Counted from the first letter of the stretch, positions 52,108 to 61,428 are shown. The stretch is 64,000 bases of DNA from Terriglobia bacterium (GCA_020073215.1 JAIQFO010000013.1:54343-118342), one strand, 5' to 3'. A program made the numbers and translations. Notes: generated by a model from the letters alone, not told the origin.

Positions 52108-53331
52108 ATGAACACCACGAGGCAGGTCGTATCGGCGGCGATTACCATGGCGATTCTCGGAGCGGTGATGGCGAACCCACCTTCGGCAGATGGCAAGCAA
52201 CAACGACCAACGTCCGATTCTTCCACGGTTGCGGAAAGACAAGCCGCTCCGGCAACGTCCGCCATCGCCGCTTCCGCCCAAAAGTCGTACTCGTTCGAAG
52301 TGAGCGGGTCGAAGCAATGGTTGGATACGAACATCGACTTGCGCGCCGGCGAGAAGTTACAGTTCACGGCGGAGGGGACGGTCACTTATTCCGACGCCAA
52401 GAAGAACCATTTTGGCCCGGCGGGAATTACGCGCAGTTTCGCCGACTTGATTCATCAATACGCGGTGCCGAACGGGGCTCACGGAGAGTTGATTGGTCGA
52501 CTCGGGTCCGGCGATGTGGCGGAGACGTTTGAGGTGGGAGCGAACGCGACCTATGTGGCTCCGGTGGCGGGACGTCTGTTTCTGGGAATCAACCAGAGCC
52601 TGCGAGATGCGGAAGGCGCCACCGGAAGTTTCCAGGTGAAGATCGAAGTCTTGAACCAGGGGTTGACGACAGCCGACGCAGCGGTGGCCGGCGGCCCGGC
52701 GGAAACGGCAATGCCGGCGATTACAGCGGCGCTGCTGGAGTCGATTCCCCGGCGAATTACGGATCAGAATCACAATCCCGGAGATATGGTGAACATTCTG
52801 ATCGTCGGGACGGAAGATGAAATGGTGAAAGCATTCACGACCGCGGCGTGGGTGAAGGTGGATCAATCGGTGGAGAGCACGGTGCTGTCAGGACTGATGG
52901 CTACGTTCGACAAGAAAGACTATCTGACGATGCCGATGAGCACGCTGTACCTGTTCGATCGGCCGCAGGATTATGGGTTTGCCCATGCGGAGCCGGTGCG
53001 AGTGATCATGTCGCGCAATCATCTGCGGGTGTGGAAGTCGCCGTTTCAGGTCGAGGGACGGCCGCTTTGGTGCGTGGCCGCGACGCACGACATCGGATTC
53101 GAGCGCGATCAGCGAAACAACGGGGTGACCCACAAGATCGATCCGGCGATTGACGGCGAGCGGGAGTTTGTGAACGAGACGCTCTCAGGGACGGGACTGG
53201 TGTCGGCGCGGGGACACGTGGTTCCGGCGCATCCGCTGACTACGGCGAAGACGGCGACGGGCGGGGAGTTTCACTCCGATGGACGGATTCTGGTGCTGGT
53301 ATTGAAGAACGGGAACGCGGGAAATCAGTAG
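52108..53331 (+). CDS. secreted protein with an LssY-like C-terminal domain
   Basis: Signal peptide. The C-terminal half (GDMVNILIVG...LYLFDRPQDYGFA...RNHLRVW...ATHDIGFE) fits LssY_C from memory. The N-terminal beta-rich module is unassigned. Confidence 0.55.
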   Translation: MNTTRQVVSAAITMAILGAVMANPPSADGKQQRPTSDSSTVAERQAAPATSAIAASAQKSYSFEVSGSKQWLDTNIDLRAGEKLQFTAEGTVTYSDAKKNHFGPAGITRSFADLIHQYAVPNGAHGELIGRLGSGDVAETFEVGANATYVAPVAGRLFLGINQSLRDAEGATGSFQVKIEVLNQGLTTADAAVAGGPAETAMPAITAALLESIPRRITDQNHNPGDMVNILIVGTEDEMVKAFTTAAWVKVDQSVESTVLSGLMATFDKKDYLTMPMSTLYLFDRPQDYGFAHAEPVRVIMSRNHLRVWKSPFQVEGRPLWCVAATHDIGFERDQRNNGVTHKIDPAIDGEREFVNETLSGTGLVSARGHVVPAHPLTTAKTATGGEFHSDGRILVLVLKNGNAGNQ

Positions 53332-53400
53332 ATTAACGCTGACCGTGGTCGTGTTCGTGTTCGGCAAGGGCGCGACCTTACCCTTTGCGGAGAAACTCCT

Positions 53401-53425
53401 GTAGAGACGGGGCTCGCCCCGTCTC
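53401..53425. repeat. family-A single hairpin between convergent genes (possible bidirectional terminator)
   Basis: GTAGAGACGGGGCTCGCCCCGTCTC. Confidence 0.7.
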
Positions 53426-53433
53426 CGACTGCT

Positions 53434-53754
53434 CTACTGGTTTACCCAGACGACGCGGGATTTTTTCACCAGGGCGTGCTGCTGCCTGAGTTCGCGGGCA
53501 ATGGCGCCGAGAGACACCGTCTCCGCCGCCGTGGCTTGCTGCGGAAAATCCGAAGCCGGCCTTTCTCCCTGCCCAAAAGAGAAACTCGTGCTGGCCAGAA
53601 TGCTCCGTTCCCGAGCCATGGGCGCGTACGAGGCAAATGCCGGATGATCCTGAAACTCGTAGACTTGCGGTTGGCTGTTACTGGTCATCCCGGCGCGCTG
53701 CGCAAAGGCCGCGGTGGTGAAAAGCAGGCAGAGCAGAAACAGGGTCGTTTTCAT
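53434..53754 (-). CDS. small secreted hypothetical protein
   Basis: ORF 53434..54036 trimmed to the ATG at 53754, giving signal peptide MKTTLFLLCLLFTTAAFAQ. Confidence 0.5.
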   Translation of the reverse strand: MKTTLFLLCLLFTTAAFAQRAGMTSNSQPQVYEFQDHPAFASYAPMARERSILASTSFSFGQGERPASDFPQQATAAETVSLGAIARELRQQHALVKKSRVVWVNQ

Positions 53755-53896
53755 AACTGCATCTCCCATTCCGAAGAAAGCGAGGGACCATCCGCTCAGG
53801 CGGATCTTGGCTCCTCCAGCCTGAATAAGAGCAAGCCCGGTACCAAACTTTGACGGTGTGAAATGGCGGCTTGCGGGCGGTTTGGCGCGGGTTAGG

Positions 53897-53914
53897 CAAT
53901 TGTTTGCACAATTG
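53897..53914. promoter_or_regulatory. perfect 7-4-7 palindrome CAATTGT-TTGC-ACAATTG in a divergent intergenic region
   Basis: Read directly from the sequence. Confidence 0.35.
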
Positions 53915-54120
53915 TGGAGAGCCCATAGAAAGGCTACAGCCCGCACCTTGGGCGAGAAGAGTACAATCCTCTGCGTCGGCCGCAGCAAGGTCGGACTGAA
54001 ACAGGTGACGGTACCGGACAACGGGCAGCTCAACATTCCGTAAGTTCAACATTTCCAAATCGGCCGGATGCGGTGACCGCTCCGGCACATCTATCCTCTA
54101 AATCAGGAAACGGGAGCACC

Positions 54121-55143
54121 ATGAAAACGCGAATCGCGGTACGAATTTCTCTGATCCTGCTGGCCACGATGGTAGCGATGGCAGCGGCGGCGTCCGGGGC
54201 AGACTACAAGGTCGTGAAGACGTGGAAGGTGGGGGGCGATGGCGGATGGGATTACCTGACCATGGACAGCACTGGCCACCGCTTGTTCATTGCCCGAGCC
54301 ACGCGGGTGATGGTCCTTGATACCGAGTCCGGCAAGCAGGTGGGCGAGATTCCCGAGACGGCGGGCGTGCATGGAGTAGCCCTGGTCCCGGAAATCGGTC
54401 GCGGATTCACCAGCAACGGGCGCGAAGATACGGTCAGCGTGTTCGATCTGAAATCGCTCGCGGTAGAGAAGAAGATCAAGGTGGGCAGCGGCCCCGACGC
54501 GATTCTCTATGACCCGTTCTCGAAGCGCGTGTTTACTTTCAACGGAAAAGGTCATGACACAACGGCCGTGGATGCGTCCAAGGGCGAGGTCGTGGGCAAG
54601 ATCGAACTGGGCGGCAAGCCGGAATTTGCCGCGACCGACGACAAGGGCACGGTGTTCGTGAATATTGAAGACACTTCGGAACTGGTCGCGTTCGATCCCG
54701 AGAAGCTGGCGGTGAAGTCGCGCTGGAAGCTGGCGGACTGCGAAGAGCCGACCGGCCTCGCGCTCGACGGGAAGAACCGGCGCCTGTTTGCCGGCTGCGG
54801 CGGCAATAAGAAGATGGTGGTGGTGGATGCGGACACCGGGAAAATACTTTCGAGTCTCGCCATCGGAGACGGATGCGATGCCACTGGATTCGATGCCGAT
54901 CGGGGCCTGGCCTTTGCCTCCGCCGGAGACGGCACCATCACGGTGATTCGCCCAGATGACGCGGGCGCCGCCAAGTTCACCGTGGCGCAGACGGTGTTGA
55001 CCCAAAAAGGCGCGCGCACCATGGCGGTGGATGCGAAAACGCATCAGTTGTTCACCGTAACCGCCAATGTGACCGGCACTCGGCAGGACAGAAAGATCGA
55101 GCCGGGTTCATTCGTGGTGCTGGTGGTGGAAGCAGGGCACTAG
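54121..55143 (+). CDS. YncE/YVTN-type beta-propeller protein
   Basis: ATG at 54121 with a signal peptide. Repeated ..G..P.G.A.D... blades; 340 aa. Confidence 0.65.
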   Translation: MKTRIAVRISLILLATMVAMAAAASGADYKVVKTWKVGGDGGWDYLTMDSTGHRLFIARATRVMVLDTESGKQVGEIPETAGVHGVALVPEIGRGFTSNGREDTVSVFDLKSLAVEKKIKVGSGPDAILYDPFSKRVFTFNGKGHDTTAVDASKGEVVGKIELGGKPEFAATDDKGTVFVNIEDTSELVAFDPEKLAVKSRWKLADCEEPTGLALDGKNRRLFAGCGGNKKMVVVDADTGKILSSLAIGDGCDATGFDADRGLAFASAGDGTITVIRPDDAGAAKFTVAQTVLTQKGARTMAVDAKTHQLFTVTANVTGTRQDRKIEPGSFVVLVVEAGH

Positions 55144-55174
55144 GCCAGCTAACAAACTGTACAGAAAGCTCGGG

Positions 55175-55247
55175 CTTCGTATCAGGGCATCACTTTACCC
55201 ATGCCGAAGCGCTTGAGCTCAGCCTCCCCTTCAGGGGCGGCACCGCC
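55175..55247. repeat. hairpin-cluster repeat related to 51966-52032
   Basis: CTTCGTATCAGGGCATCACTTTACCCATGCCGAAGCGCTTGAGC...CCCCTTCAGGGGCGGCACCGCC. Confidence 0.6.
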
Positions 55248-55342
55248 AATGGGACATCCCTTTGGTAACCCTCCTGTTCACGACCCTTTCACAGTTCACC
55301 GTCTACAATATTTGTAGACAAAAGAATTGTGGGGTATTGGAA

Positions 55343-55561
55343 GTGGACAGCGTAACCAGAACTCGCGAACGACAGAAACTGATGCTGGAATTGCTGGAAA
55401 GAAAGATACGGGCGCGGGCGCGCCAGCTTTACAACGAGCGCGGACAGGCGGAAGGGCAAGAGCTGGAAGACTGGGTGAGAGCCGAGTCAGAGGTTCTGAA
55501 ATCGAGCATTCTTGGACCGCTGTGGAACAAATGTAGGGGGCGAGACCGGGAATTAGTGTAA
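55343..55561 (+). CDS. DUF2934-domain protein (start uncertain)
   Basis: RARARQLYNERGQAEGQELEDWVRAESEV matches the DUF2934 signature. Start is GTG 55343 or ATG 55382. Confidence 0.55.
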   Translation: MDSVTRTRERQKLMLELLERKIRARARQLYNERGQAEGQELEDWVRAESEVLKSSILGPLWNKCRGRDRELV

Positions 55562-55603
55562 GTCAGAGAGCGCCTCAGGCCGTCCGCCTCCGGACGGCGA
55601 ATT

Positions 55604-56674
55604 TCAAAATTCTTGACGCGAACTGAAGATCCGCAAGAGGAATAACGCCGACGACAGGCTGAGCACTGGACCGGCGATGCTAAACAGCGCCCTGCCCCAC
55701 GCCGATCCCGCGGTCGGCGGTCCACCAAAATACGCATCCAGCAGAAGTGCCATGACGCAGGTCGCGCCGGCGGGAATCAGCCACGACCTTGGCAGGCGCT
55801 TCAGGTGTGGAATGGCGGTCGGCAACAACCACAGAAAGATGTACCAGAGGCTTCGGTCGTGCAGCGAAACCGCGAAGTGGTGGCCGCCGCCGCGATAAAG
55901 AGAGAACCCAAAGCGCAGCGGACTGACCAACCCGCCAGTGATCGACCGTTGCAGAGCGATGACCGCAGCCAGACTGAGCACCCAGCTGGTCACGATCCAG
56001 ACGGCATCGGGCCAGAAGTGATTTCCGCCGCCATGGCCTTGATCTTTGTGATCAGTCCAGGTCGACAACCACCACACCGCAGTGAATGCGATGCTGAACG
56101 GGATGAACGATTCTTTCGTCAGCGCTCCCAGCACGGCGATGACGGGCAGGGCCCAGAGCTTGAACTCCGACAAACTCCAGAGCAATGCCAGCAGGAAGAA
56201 GCCTTCGCCGGCATCTACCAACCCGACCAGGCGAAGATTCGGGACGGCGAAGTTGACCAGATAGAGCAAAGCGCCCACCAGCCCTGCGGCGGAGTCGCCC
56301 AGCTTGCGGTTTCCGAGAACCACGATGAGAACGGCGGTCCCGGCAACGAACAGAGAGTTGGCGGCGAGCAGTCCGAACATCACCGGATCCCAGGTGAAAG
56401 ATCGTCCTTCCGCCAGTCGATAAAAGGGCTTGGCAAGCCAGGGAACCAGCACGCGGAAGCGGCGGTAGCGCATGTCTTCGGTGTCAAGTCCAGCGGTTGT
56501 TCCGGTCACGATCGAGGCATAGGTCTTGACGTCGGAGAGCCCCGGCGCCTGCCGCGGATCGTATCGGTTGAGGATGGGATAGCCCAGGCCGCACGCAATC
56601 AGGAAGAAAATGCAGAAGAGCAGAGCGACTCGAACGGCCGCCATCTTTGTCTGCTTGTCACCCATGCCCGTCAC
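55604..56674 (-). CDS. polytopic membrane protein, unknown function
   Basis: 356 aa, about 9-10 TM. No motif confidently recognised. Confidence 0.6.
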   Translation of the reverse strand: MTGMGDKQTKMAAVRVALLFCIFFLIACGLGYPILNRYDPRQAPGLSDVKTYASIVTGTTAGLDTEDMRYRRFRVLVPWLAKPFYRLAEGRSFTWDPVMFGLLAANSLFVAGTAVLIVVLGNRKLGDSAAGLVGALLYLVNFAVPNLRLVGLVDAGEGFFLLALLWSLSEFKLWALPVIAVLGALTKESFIPFSIAFTAVWWLSTWTDHKDQGHGGGNHFWPDAVWIVTSWVLSLAAVIALQRSITGGLVSPLRFGFSLYRGGGHHFAVSLHDRSLWYIFLWLLPTAIPHLKRLPRSWLIPAGATCVMALLLDAYFGGPPTAGSAWGRALFSIAGPVLSLSSALFLLRIFSSRQEF

Positions 56675-56780
56675 ATTGCATTAACGAAAGTGTATTGGCG
56701 AAGGTAGCGTCAGCCGTTCGCCATTGCAACTCAAATCCCTCGGTCACGTTCGCCCCGCCCAGCTTGGCTTCTACCGCACT

Positions 56781-56821
56781 AATCTGTTAGCTTTCAGCTT
56801 CGGCTCGTAACAGATTTTTTC
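56781..56821 (+). terminator. hairpin plus T-tract in the leader of the M20 gene (candidate attenuator)
   Basis: AATCTGTTA-(18 nt including AGC-TTCG-GCT)-TAACAGATT followed by TTTTTTCTT, 25 nt before the TTG start. Confidence 0.4.
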
Positions 56822-56845
56822 TTAGCAATCTTGGGGAGGATCGAC

Positions 56846-58288
56846 TTGGAATCGAAGAAATTGTGGCTGGGCCTTTTGTTTTCCGTGATGCTCGTGGTTT
56901 CGATGCAAGCGCAACAGATATCGCCGGCGGACGACGCGACGCGCAAGCTGGCCGTCGACATTTTTAAACAGCTGATCGAGATCAATACGACCGACTCGGT
57001 GGGCAGCGTGACCGCGGCCTCGGAAGCGATGGCCAAGCGCTTTCGCGATGCCGGATTCCCCGACCGCGATATTCAAGTGCTCGGTCCAAGCTCCAATGAC
57101 CGCAAGAAAAATGTAGTGGTGCGGCTGCATGGCTCGGGCAAGCACAAACCGGTACTGCTGATCGGCCATCTTGACGTGGTCGAAGCCCGGCGTGAGGACT
57201 GGACGACCGATCCGTTTCAGTTCATCGAGAAAGACGGCTACTACTACGGCCGCGGCTCGAGCGACATGAAAGATGGCGACGCCATCATGGCGGCCACGCT
57301 GATCCGCATGAAGAAAGAAGGATACGTTCCCAGCCGCGACATTATTCTCGCCCTGACTGCCGACGAGGAAGGCGGCACATCGAACGGAGTCGACTGGCTG
57401 ATCAAGAATCATCGCGAACTGATCGATGCCGAGTTTGTGCTGAACCACGATGGCGGCGGCGTGCTTGCCGATCACGGCAAGCCGTTGATGATGGAGGTAG
57501 ATTCCACCGAAAAGCTCTACGGCGACTTCGTGCTGACGGCGACGAATCCGGGCGGCCATAGCTCGCTGCCACGACCGGAGAACTCGATCTACGAACTCGC
57601 CGACGCGCTGACGCGGATCGCCCACTACCAGTTTCCGTTCGAACTGAACAACATCACCCGCGCCTATTACGAGCGCCAGGTGCCGGCGGCCACGGGGCAG
57701 CGGGCGGCCGATCTGAAGGCGATGCTGAAGGTTCCTCCCGACCCGGACGCGGTAGCGCGCCTGTCCGAGGACCCGATCGACAACTCGACCATGCACACCA
57801 CCTGCGTCGCAACGCGCCTGAGCGGCGGCCACGCCAACAACGCCCTGCCGCAAACCGCCCAGGCCAACATCAACTGCCGCATCCTGCCCGGACACACGTT
57901 GGAAGAAACCCGGCTGACACTCGAGAAGGTGGTGGCCGATCCCAGAGTTAAAGTGCAGTTCCGCGAGAACGACAATCAACTGCTCGATCATGGGTCAAAT
58001 CGCCACAGCTATGTTCCGGTCGCTCCGAGGAAGGAAGTATTCGAGCCGCTGGACAAGGTCGCGGCCAAGATGTGGCCCGGAATTCCAGTGCTCCCGGATA
58101 TGAGCACAGGCGCGTCGGATGGCGTATACACCAATGCCGCCGGGATGCCGACCTACGCGGTGTCCGGTGAACAGTATGACAAGGACGATATCCGTGCGCA
58201 TGGAAGAGATGAGCGGACCGGGGTCGAGGCGTTTCTCCGGGGCGTGGATTTTTATTACGTGTTTCTGAAGGCAGTTACGGCAGAGTAG
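56846..58288 (+). CDS. M20-family metallopeptidase, secreted
   Basis: TTG at 56846 after GGAGGA gives MESKKLWLGLLFSVMLVVSMQAQQ. LLIGHLDVVEA and GRGSSDMKDG motifs. Confidence 0.85.
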   Translation: MESKKLWLGLLFSVMLVVSMQAQQISPADDATRKLAVDIFKQLIEINTTDSVGSVTAASEAMAKRFRDAGFPDRDIQVLGPSSNDRKKNVVVRLHGSGKHKPVLLIGHLDVVEARREDWTTDPFQFIEKDGYYYGRGSSDMKDGDAIMAATLIRMKKEGYVPSRDIILALTADEEGGTSNGVDWLIKNHRELIDAEFVLNHDGGGVLADHGKPLMMEVDSTEKLYGDFVLTATNPGGHSSLPRPENSIYELADALTRIAHYQFPFELNNITRAYYERQVPAATGQRAADLKAMLKVPPDPDAVARLSEDPIDNSTMHTTCVATRLSGGHANNALPQTAQANINCRILPGHTLEETRLTLEKVVADPRVKVQFRENDNQLLDHGSNRHSYVPVAPRKEVFEPLDKVAAKMWPGIPVLPDMSTGASDGVYTNAAGMPTYAVSGEQYDKDDIRAHGRDERTGVEAFLRGVDFYYVFLKAVTAE

Positions 58289-58319
58289 GGCGAGTGTACT
58301 CCTCGAGAACACACTAGCT

Positions 58320-59153
58320 ATGAATATCCGCGTTCTTAATGTTCCTTACGACTCTGGTCAATACAAGGCGCGGATGGGACGTGGGCCCGACCGGTTGTTT
58401 GAGTCCGGGCTGAAACCACTACTTACCCGCTTGGGGCACCATTACATCGACGAAGAGATCACCGCTCCCGACTCGCACCTGGCGGAGATCAAAACGGCCT
58501 TTGCCCTCTGCCGCACAGTGGCGCACCGAGTGCGCGCTTGCCAACGGGACGGCGATTTCCCCATCGTATTGTCCGGCAACTGCAACACCGCGGTCGGAAC
58601 TGTAAGCGGATGCGGGTGTGAGAATACGGGCGTGGTCTGGTTTGACGCCCATGGCGAATCCACGACGCCGGATACAACCACATCAGGATTTCTGGATGGT
58701 ATGGGGATCAGCATCCTCACCGGCCAATGCTGGGCTCGATTGGCGCGGACCATTCCCGGCTTCGACCCGGTTCCCGGAAAGCACATACTGCTGGTGGGAG
58801 CTCGCGACCTTGAGCCCGATGAGATCAGGCTCCTGGACCGGACAGGAGTCAGCCGCGTCTCAGACCCCGAGCATCTCGGGTCACACCTCGCGTCGTTGGC
58901 GCACCATGTCGACGGGGTTTATCTGCATATCGATTTGGACGTCCTTGATCCAGCCGAAGCGATCGCCAACCAGTGGGCGCCACCCGGCGGATTGACAATC
59001 GAAACCATGCAGAAAGCGGTGAGAACCATTCAAGCGCACACTCGAATCAAAGCCCTCGGCATCGCTTCTTACGACCCCGAAGCAGACCACAATGGACAAG
59101 CGCTGGCCGCGGCCTCGTCAATAACGGAGTTCTTGCTCGGCGCCGCCAAGTAG
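58320..59153 (+). CDS. arginase/ureohydrolase-fold protein with substituted metal-ligand motifs
   Basis: Aligns by eye to arginase: VLSGNCNTAVGT (canonical GGDHS), WFDAHGES (canonical DAHxD), GFLDGMG (canonical GNIHGMP), HIDLDVLDP (conserved). Confidence 0.75.
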   Translation: MNIRVLNVPYDSGQYKARMGRGPDRLFESGLKPLLTRLGHHYIDEEITAPDSHLAEIKTAFALCRTVAHRVRACQRDGDFPIVLSGNCNTAVGTVSGCGCENTGVVWFDAHGESTTPDTTTSGFLDGMGISILTGQCWARLARTIPGFDPVPGKHILLVGARDLEPDEIRLLDRTGVSRVSDPEHLGSHLASLAHHVDGVYLHIDLDVLDPAEAIANQWAPPGGLTIETMQKAVRTIQAHTRIKALGIASYDPEADHNGQALAAASSITEFLLGAAK

Positions 59154-59172
59154 CACCGTGACCACCCGTAGC

Positions 59173-59258
59173 GCCGGCATCTTGCCGGCTGTTCGGAGGG
59201 CGTCTCGCCCTCGGCGCGGCGGGCCAGACGCCCGCCGGACATCCGCCGAGACGGCGGC
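59173..59258. repeat. cluster of four short GC-rich hairpins
   Basis: GCCGGCATCTTGCCGGC, GAGGGCGTCTCGCCCTC, GGCGGGCCAGACGCCCGCC, CCGCCGAGACGGCGG. Confidence 0.7.
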
Positions 59259-59323
59259 GCTACAGTCGGCATATCCGGTCACGGCACTCGCCCGTTGTCG
59301 GGTGGTCCTCTCCCATCTGGTTA

Positions 59324-59353
59324 TTGACATTTCGCCTTACCTTCGCCTATGCT
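59324..59353 (+). promoter_or_regulatory. candidate lexA promoter TTGACA-18-TATGCT
   Basis: By-eye match ending 7 nt before the lexA ATG. This implies a very short leader, so confidence is low. Confidence 0.3.
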
Positions 59354-59359
59354 CCCGGC

Positions 59360-59980
59360 ATGGCGATCACTCGGCGTCAACGCGAACTCTATGACTTCAT
59401 TTCGCGCTTCGTGGCAGAGAAGCAGTACTCCCCTTCGTTTGAAGAAATCAAGGAAGGCATGGGGCTGAGTTCTCTGGCCACGGTGCACAAGCACGTCACC
59501 AATCTGGAGAAGAAAGGCCTGCTGACGCGCGACTACAACCGCAGCCGCTCGATCGATCTGCTGCCGCCGCGGGGAAAGCTGAAGCAGTCGATGGCGGTGA
59601 ATACGGCGGTCGTGCTGCCGCTGGTGGGCAGAATTGCCGCGGGCCGTCCGATTGAGGCGGTCGAGCACAGCGAGACCATCTCGCTGGCCGATTTTGTACG
59701 CTCGAAAGAAGTGTTCGTGCTCGAAGTGCGCGGCGAATCCATGCAGGACGAAGCGATTCTCGACGGGGACTACGTCCTGGTCGAAAAGACGAAAACGGCG
59801 CACAACGGGGACATCGTGGTCGCTCTGATCGACTCGTCGGACGCGACCCTGAAGCGCTTCTTCCGCGAGGGAGACAACATTCGTCTGCAGCCTTCGAACG
59901 CCGCCATGAAGCCGATCATCGTGCCCGCAGCATCGCTCGAGATTCAGGGACGAGTGATTGGTGTTCTGCGGAAGTACTGA
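59360..59980 (+). CDS. lexA: LexA repressor
   Basis: ORF trimmed to the ATG at 59360 (MAITRRQRELYDFI). AAG cleavage site (GRIAAGRPIEAV); S/K dyad context VRGESM...TLKRF. Confidence 0.93.
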   Translation: MAITRRQRELYDFISRFVAEKQYSPSFEEIKEGMGLSSLATVHKHVTNLEKKGLLTRDYNRSRSIDLLPPRGKLKQSMAVNTAVVLPLVGRIAAGRPIEAVEHSETISLADFVRSKEVFVLEVRGESMQDEAILDGDYVLVEKTKTAHNGDIVVALIDSSDATLKRFFREGDNIRLQPSNAAMKPIIVPAASLEIQGRVIGVLRKY

Positions 59981-59984
59981 AGAG

Positions 59985-60104
59985 CGGCTATCAGTTGTCA
60001 GCTATCAGTGAATCGCAAATCCGTCCCGCTTTTGCGGCAAAAGGCCCAGGCGTTGAGCCCCGGGCCTTTGTCTGTTCGAGACCTGATCGCTGAGAGCTGA
60101 CAGC
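59985..60104. repeat. heptamer-word inverted arms flanking a terminator-like hairpin (60039-60070)
   Basis: GCGGCTATCAGTTGTCAGCTATCAGTGAATCGC ... AAAGGCCCAGG-CGTTGAG-CCCGGGCCTTT ... GATCGCTGAGAGCTGACAGC. Lies between convergent lexA and trxA. Confidence 0.7.
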
Positions 60105-60437
60105 TTAGCCGATATGGCGATTCAGCGCTTTCTGAATGTCGTCTTTGGAGCGGTAGCCGACCAGCTGTTCCACCACCTGTCCGTTCTTGAAAACGAGCAG
60201 GGTAGGAATGCCGGTGACTTTGTAGCGCATGGGCGTGGCGCCGTTGCGGTCGACGTCCATTTTGCCAAACGTGACTTTACCCTGATATTCGCCGGCGAGT
60301 TCTTCGACGATCGGAGCGATCGCGCGGCACGGGCCACACCAGGCGGCCCAGAAATCGACCAGCACAGGCTTGTCGGACTTCAATACATCGGAATCGAAAT
60401 TAGCGTCGGTGACCTCGACGGTGGCGTTGCTTACCAT
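60105..60437 (-). CDS. trxA: thioredoxin
   Basis: 110 aa, FWAAWCGPCR active site. Confidence 0.96.
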   Translation of the reverse strand: MVSNATVEVTDANFDSDVLKSDKPVLVDFWAAWCGPCRAIAPIVEELAGEYQGKVTFGKMDVDRNGATPMRYKVTGIPTLLVFKNGQVVEQLVGYRSKDDIQKALNRHIG

Positions 60438-60639
60438 TCATCCTCCAGAGTTCTGATTAAGCTATCAAGTTCCCGCAGGGCGGACCGTTTGGTCGCCATA
60501 GGGCGGGACTTCTATCGTAGCACTGTAGCCTTGGTTATTGGATGCTCGGCAACAATGAAGGTCGCAGACCCCGCCGGGTGGGCGCGGCCCGTGGGCAGAG
60601 CGCCGTAGAATGAAGGTCTTACATCTTGGTTGACCTACA

Positions 60640-61389
60640 ATGACCGATCTCGATCATCTGCGGGTAGTGCTGGTGGCGGCGCGGAATCCGCTGAATATCG
60701 GGGCGGCGGCGCGGGCCATGAGCAATTTTGGCGTGCGGCGCTTGCGGGTGGTCAATCCCTACGAGCTTGCGTTTCGCGAGGCGCGTTCGGCGGTGGGCGC
60801 GGCGGGGTTGCTGGCGAAAGCGGAGGAGTACAAGAGCGTGGCCGAGGCCGTCGCGGACTGCAAGCTGGTGGTGGGGACCACGGCGGCAACGCGACGAGAG
60901 TTGCAACATCGGTTGCGACGGTTGGATGAGGGCACGCGAGCGATCAAACGGCACCTCGCAACGGGACCGGTGGCGTTGCTGTTTGGTTCAGAAAGATATG
61001 GGCTATCGAATGACGAACTCAGCCACTGCCATTGGGTGATGCGGATCCCGACACGACAGGAACACGGTTCCATGAATCTGGGCCAGGCGGTGGCGGTCTG
61101 CCTGTATGAACTCGTGCGTGGCAGGAAAAAGACAGCTCTGGCAAAAGCCGCGCTCGGGCGAAAGGAGGAACGTTCCGCCACGTCGGCAGAGATGGAGCGG
61201 CTAACGCAGGTGTTGCTCGAGGTTCTCCGGGCCAGCGGATATGTAAATCCACGGGCAGCGGCGGCGGAAGAAAAGTTGCGGCGGCTGGTCCGGCGAATGC
61301 AGTTGCGTGGCAATGACGCCGAGGTATTGTTGGGCATGATGCGGCAGATCGCGTGGAAGCTGGGCGCTGGCGAACAAGATGGCGCATAA
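60640..61389 (+). CDS. SpoU-class RNA 2'-O-methyltransferase (TrmJ-like)
   Basis: LRVVLVAARNPLNIGAAARAMSNFG, LLFGSERYGLSN, SMNLGQAVAVCLYE. Confidence 0.8.
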   Translation: MTDLDHLRVVLVAARNPLNIGAAARAMSNFGVRRLRVVNPYELAFREARSAVGAAGLLAKAEEYKSVAEAVADCKLVVGTTAATRRELQHRLRRLDEGTRAIKRHLATGPVALLFGSERYGLSNDELSHCHWVMRIPTRQEHGSMNLGQAVAVCLYELVRGRKKTALAKAALGRKEERSATSAEMERLTQVLLEVLRASGYVNPRAAAAEEKLRRLVRRMQLRGNDAEVLLGMMRQIAWKLGAGEQDGA

Positions 61390-61428
61390 TCTGAATCCGG
61401 AGGTTCCGTCCTGCCACAAAAATCCTCA

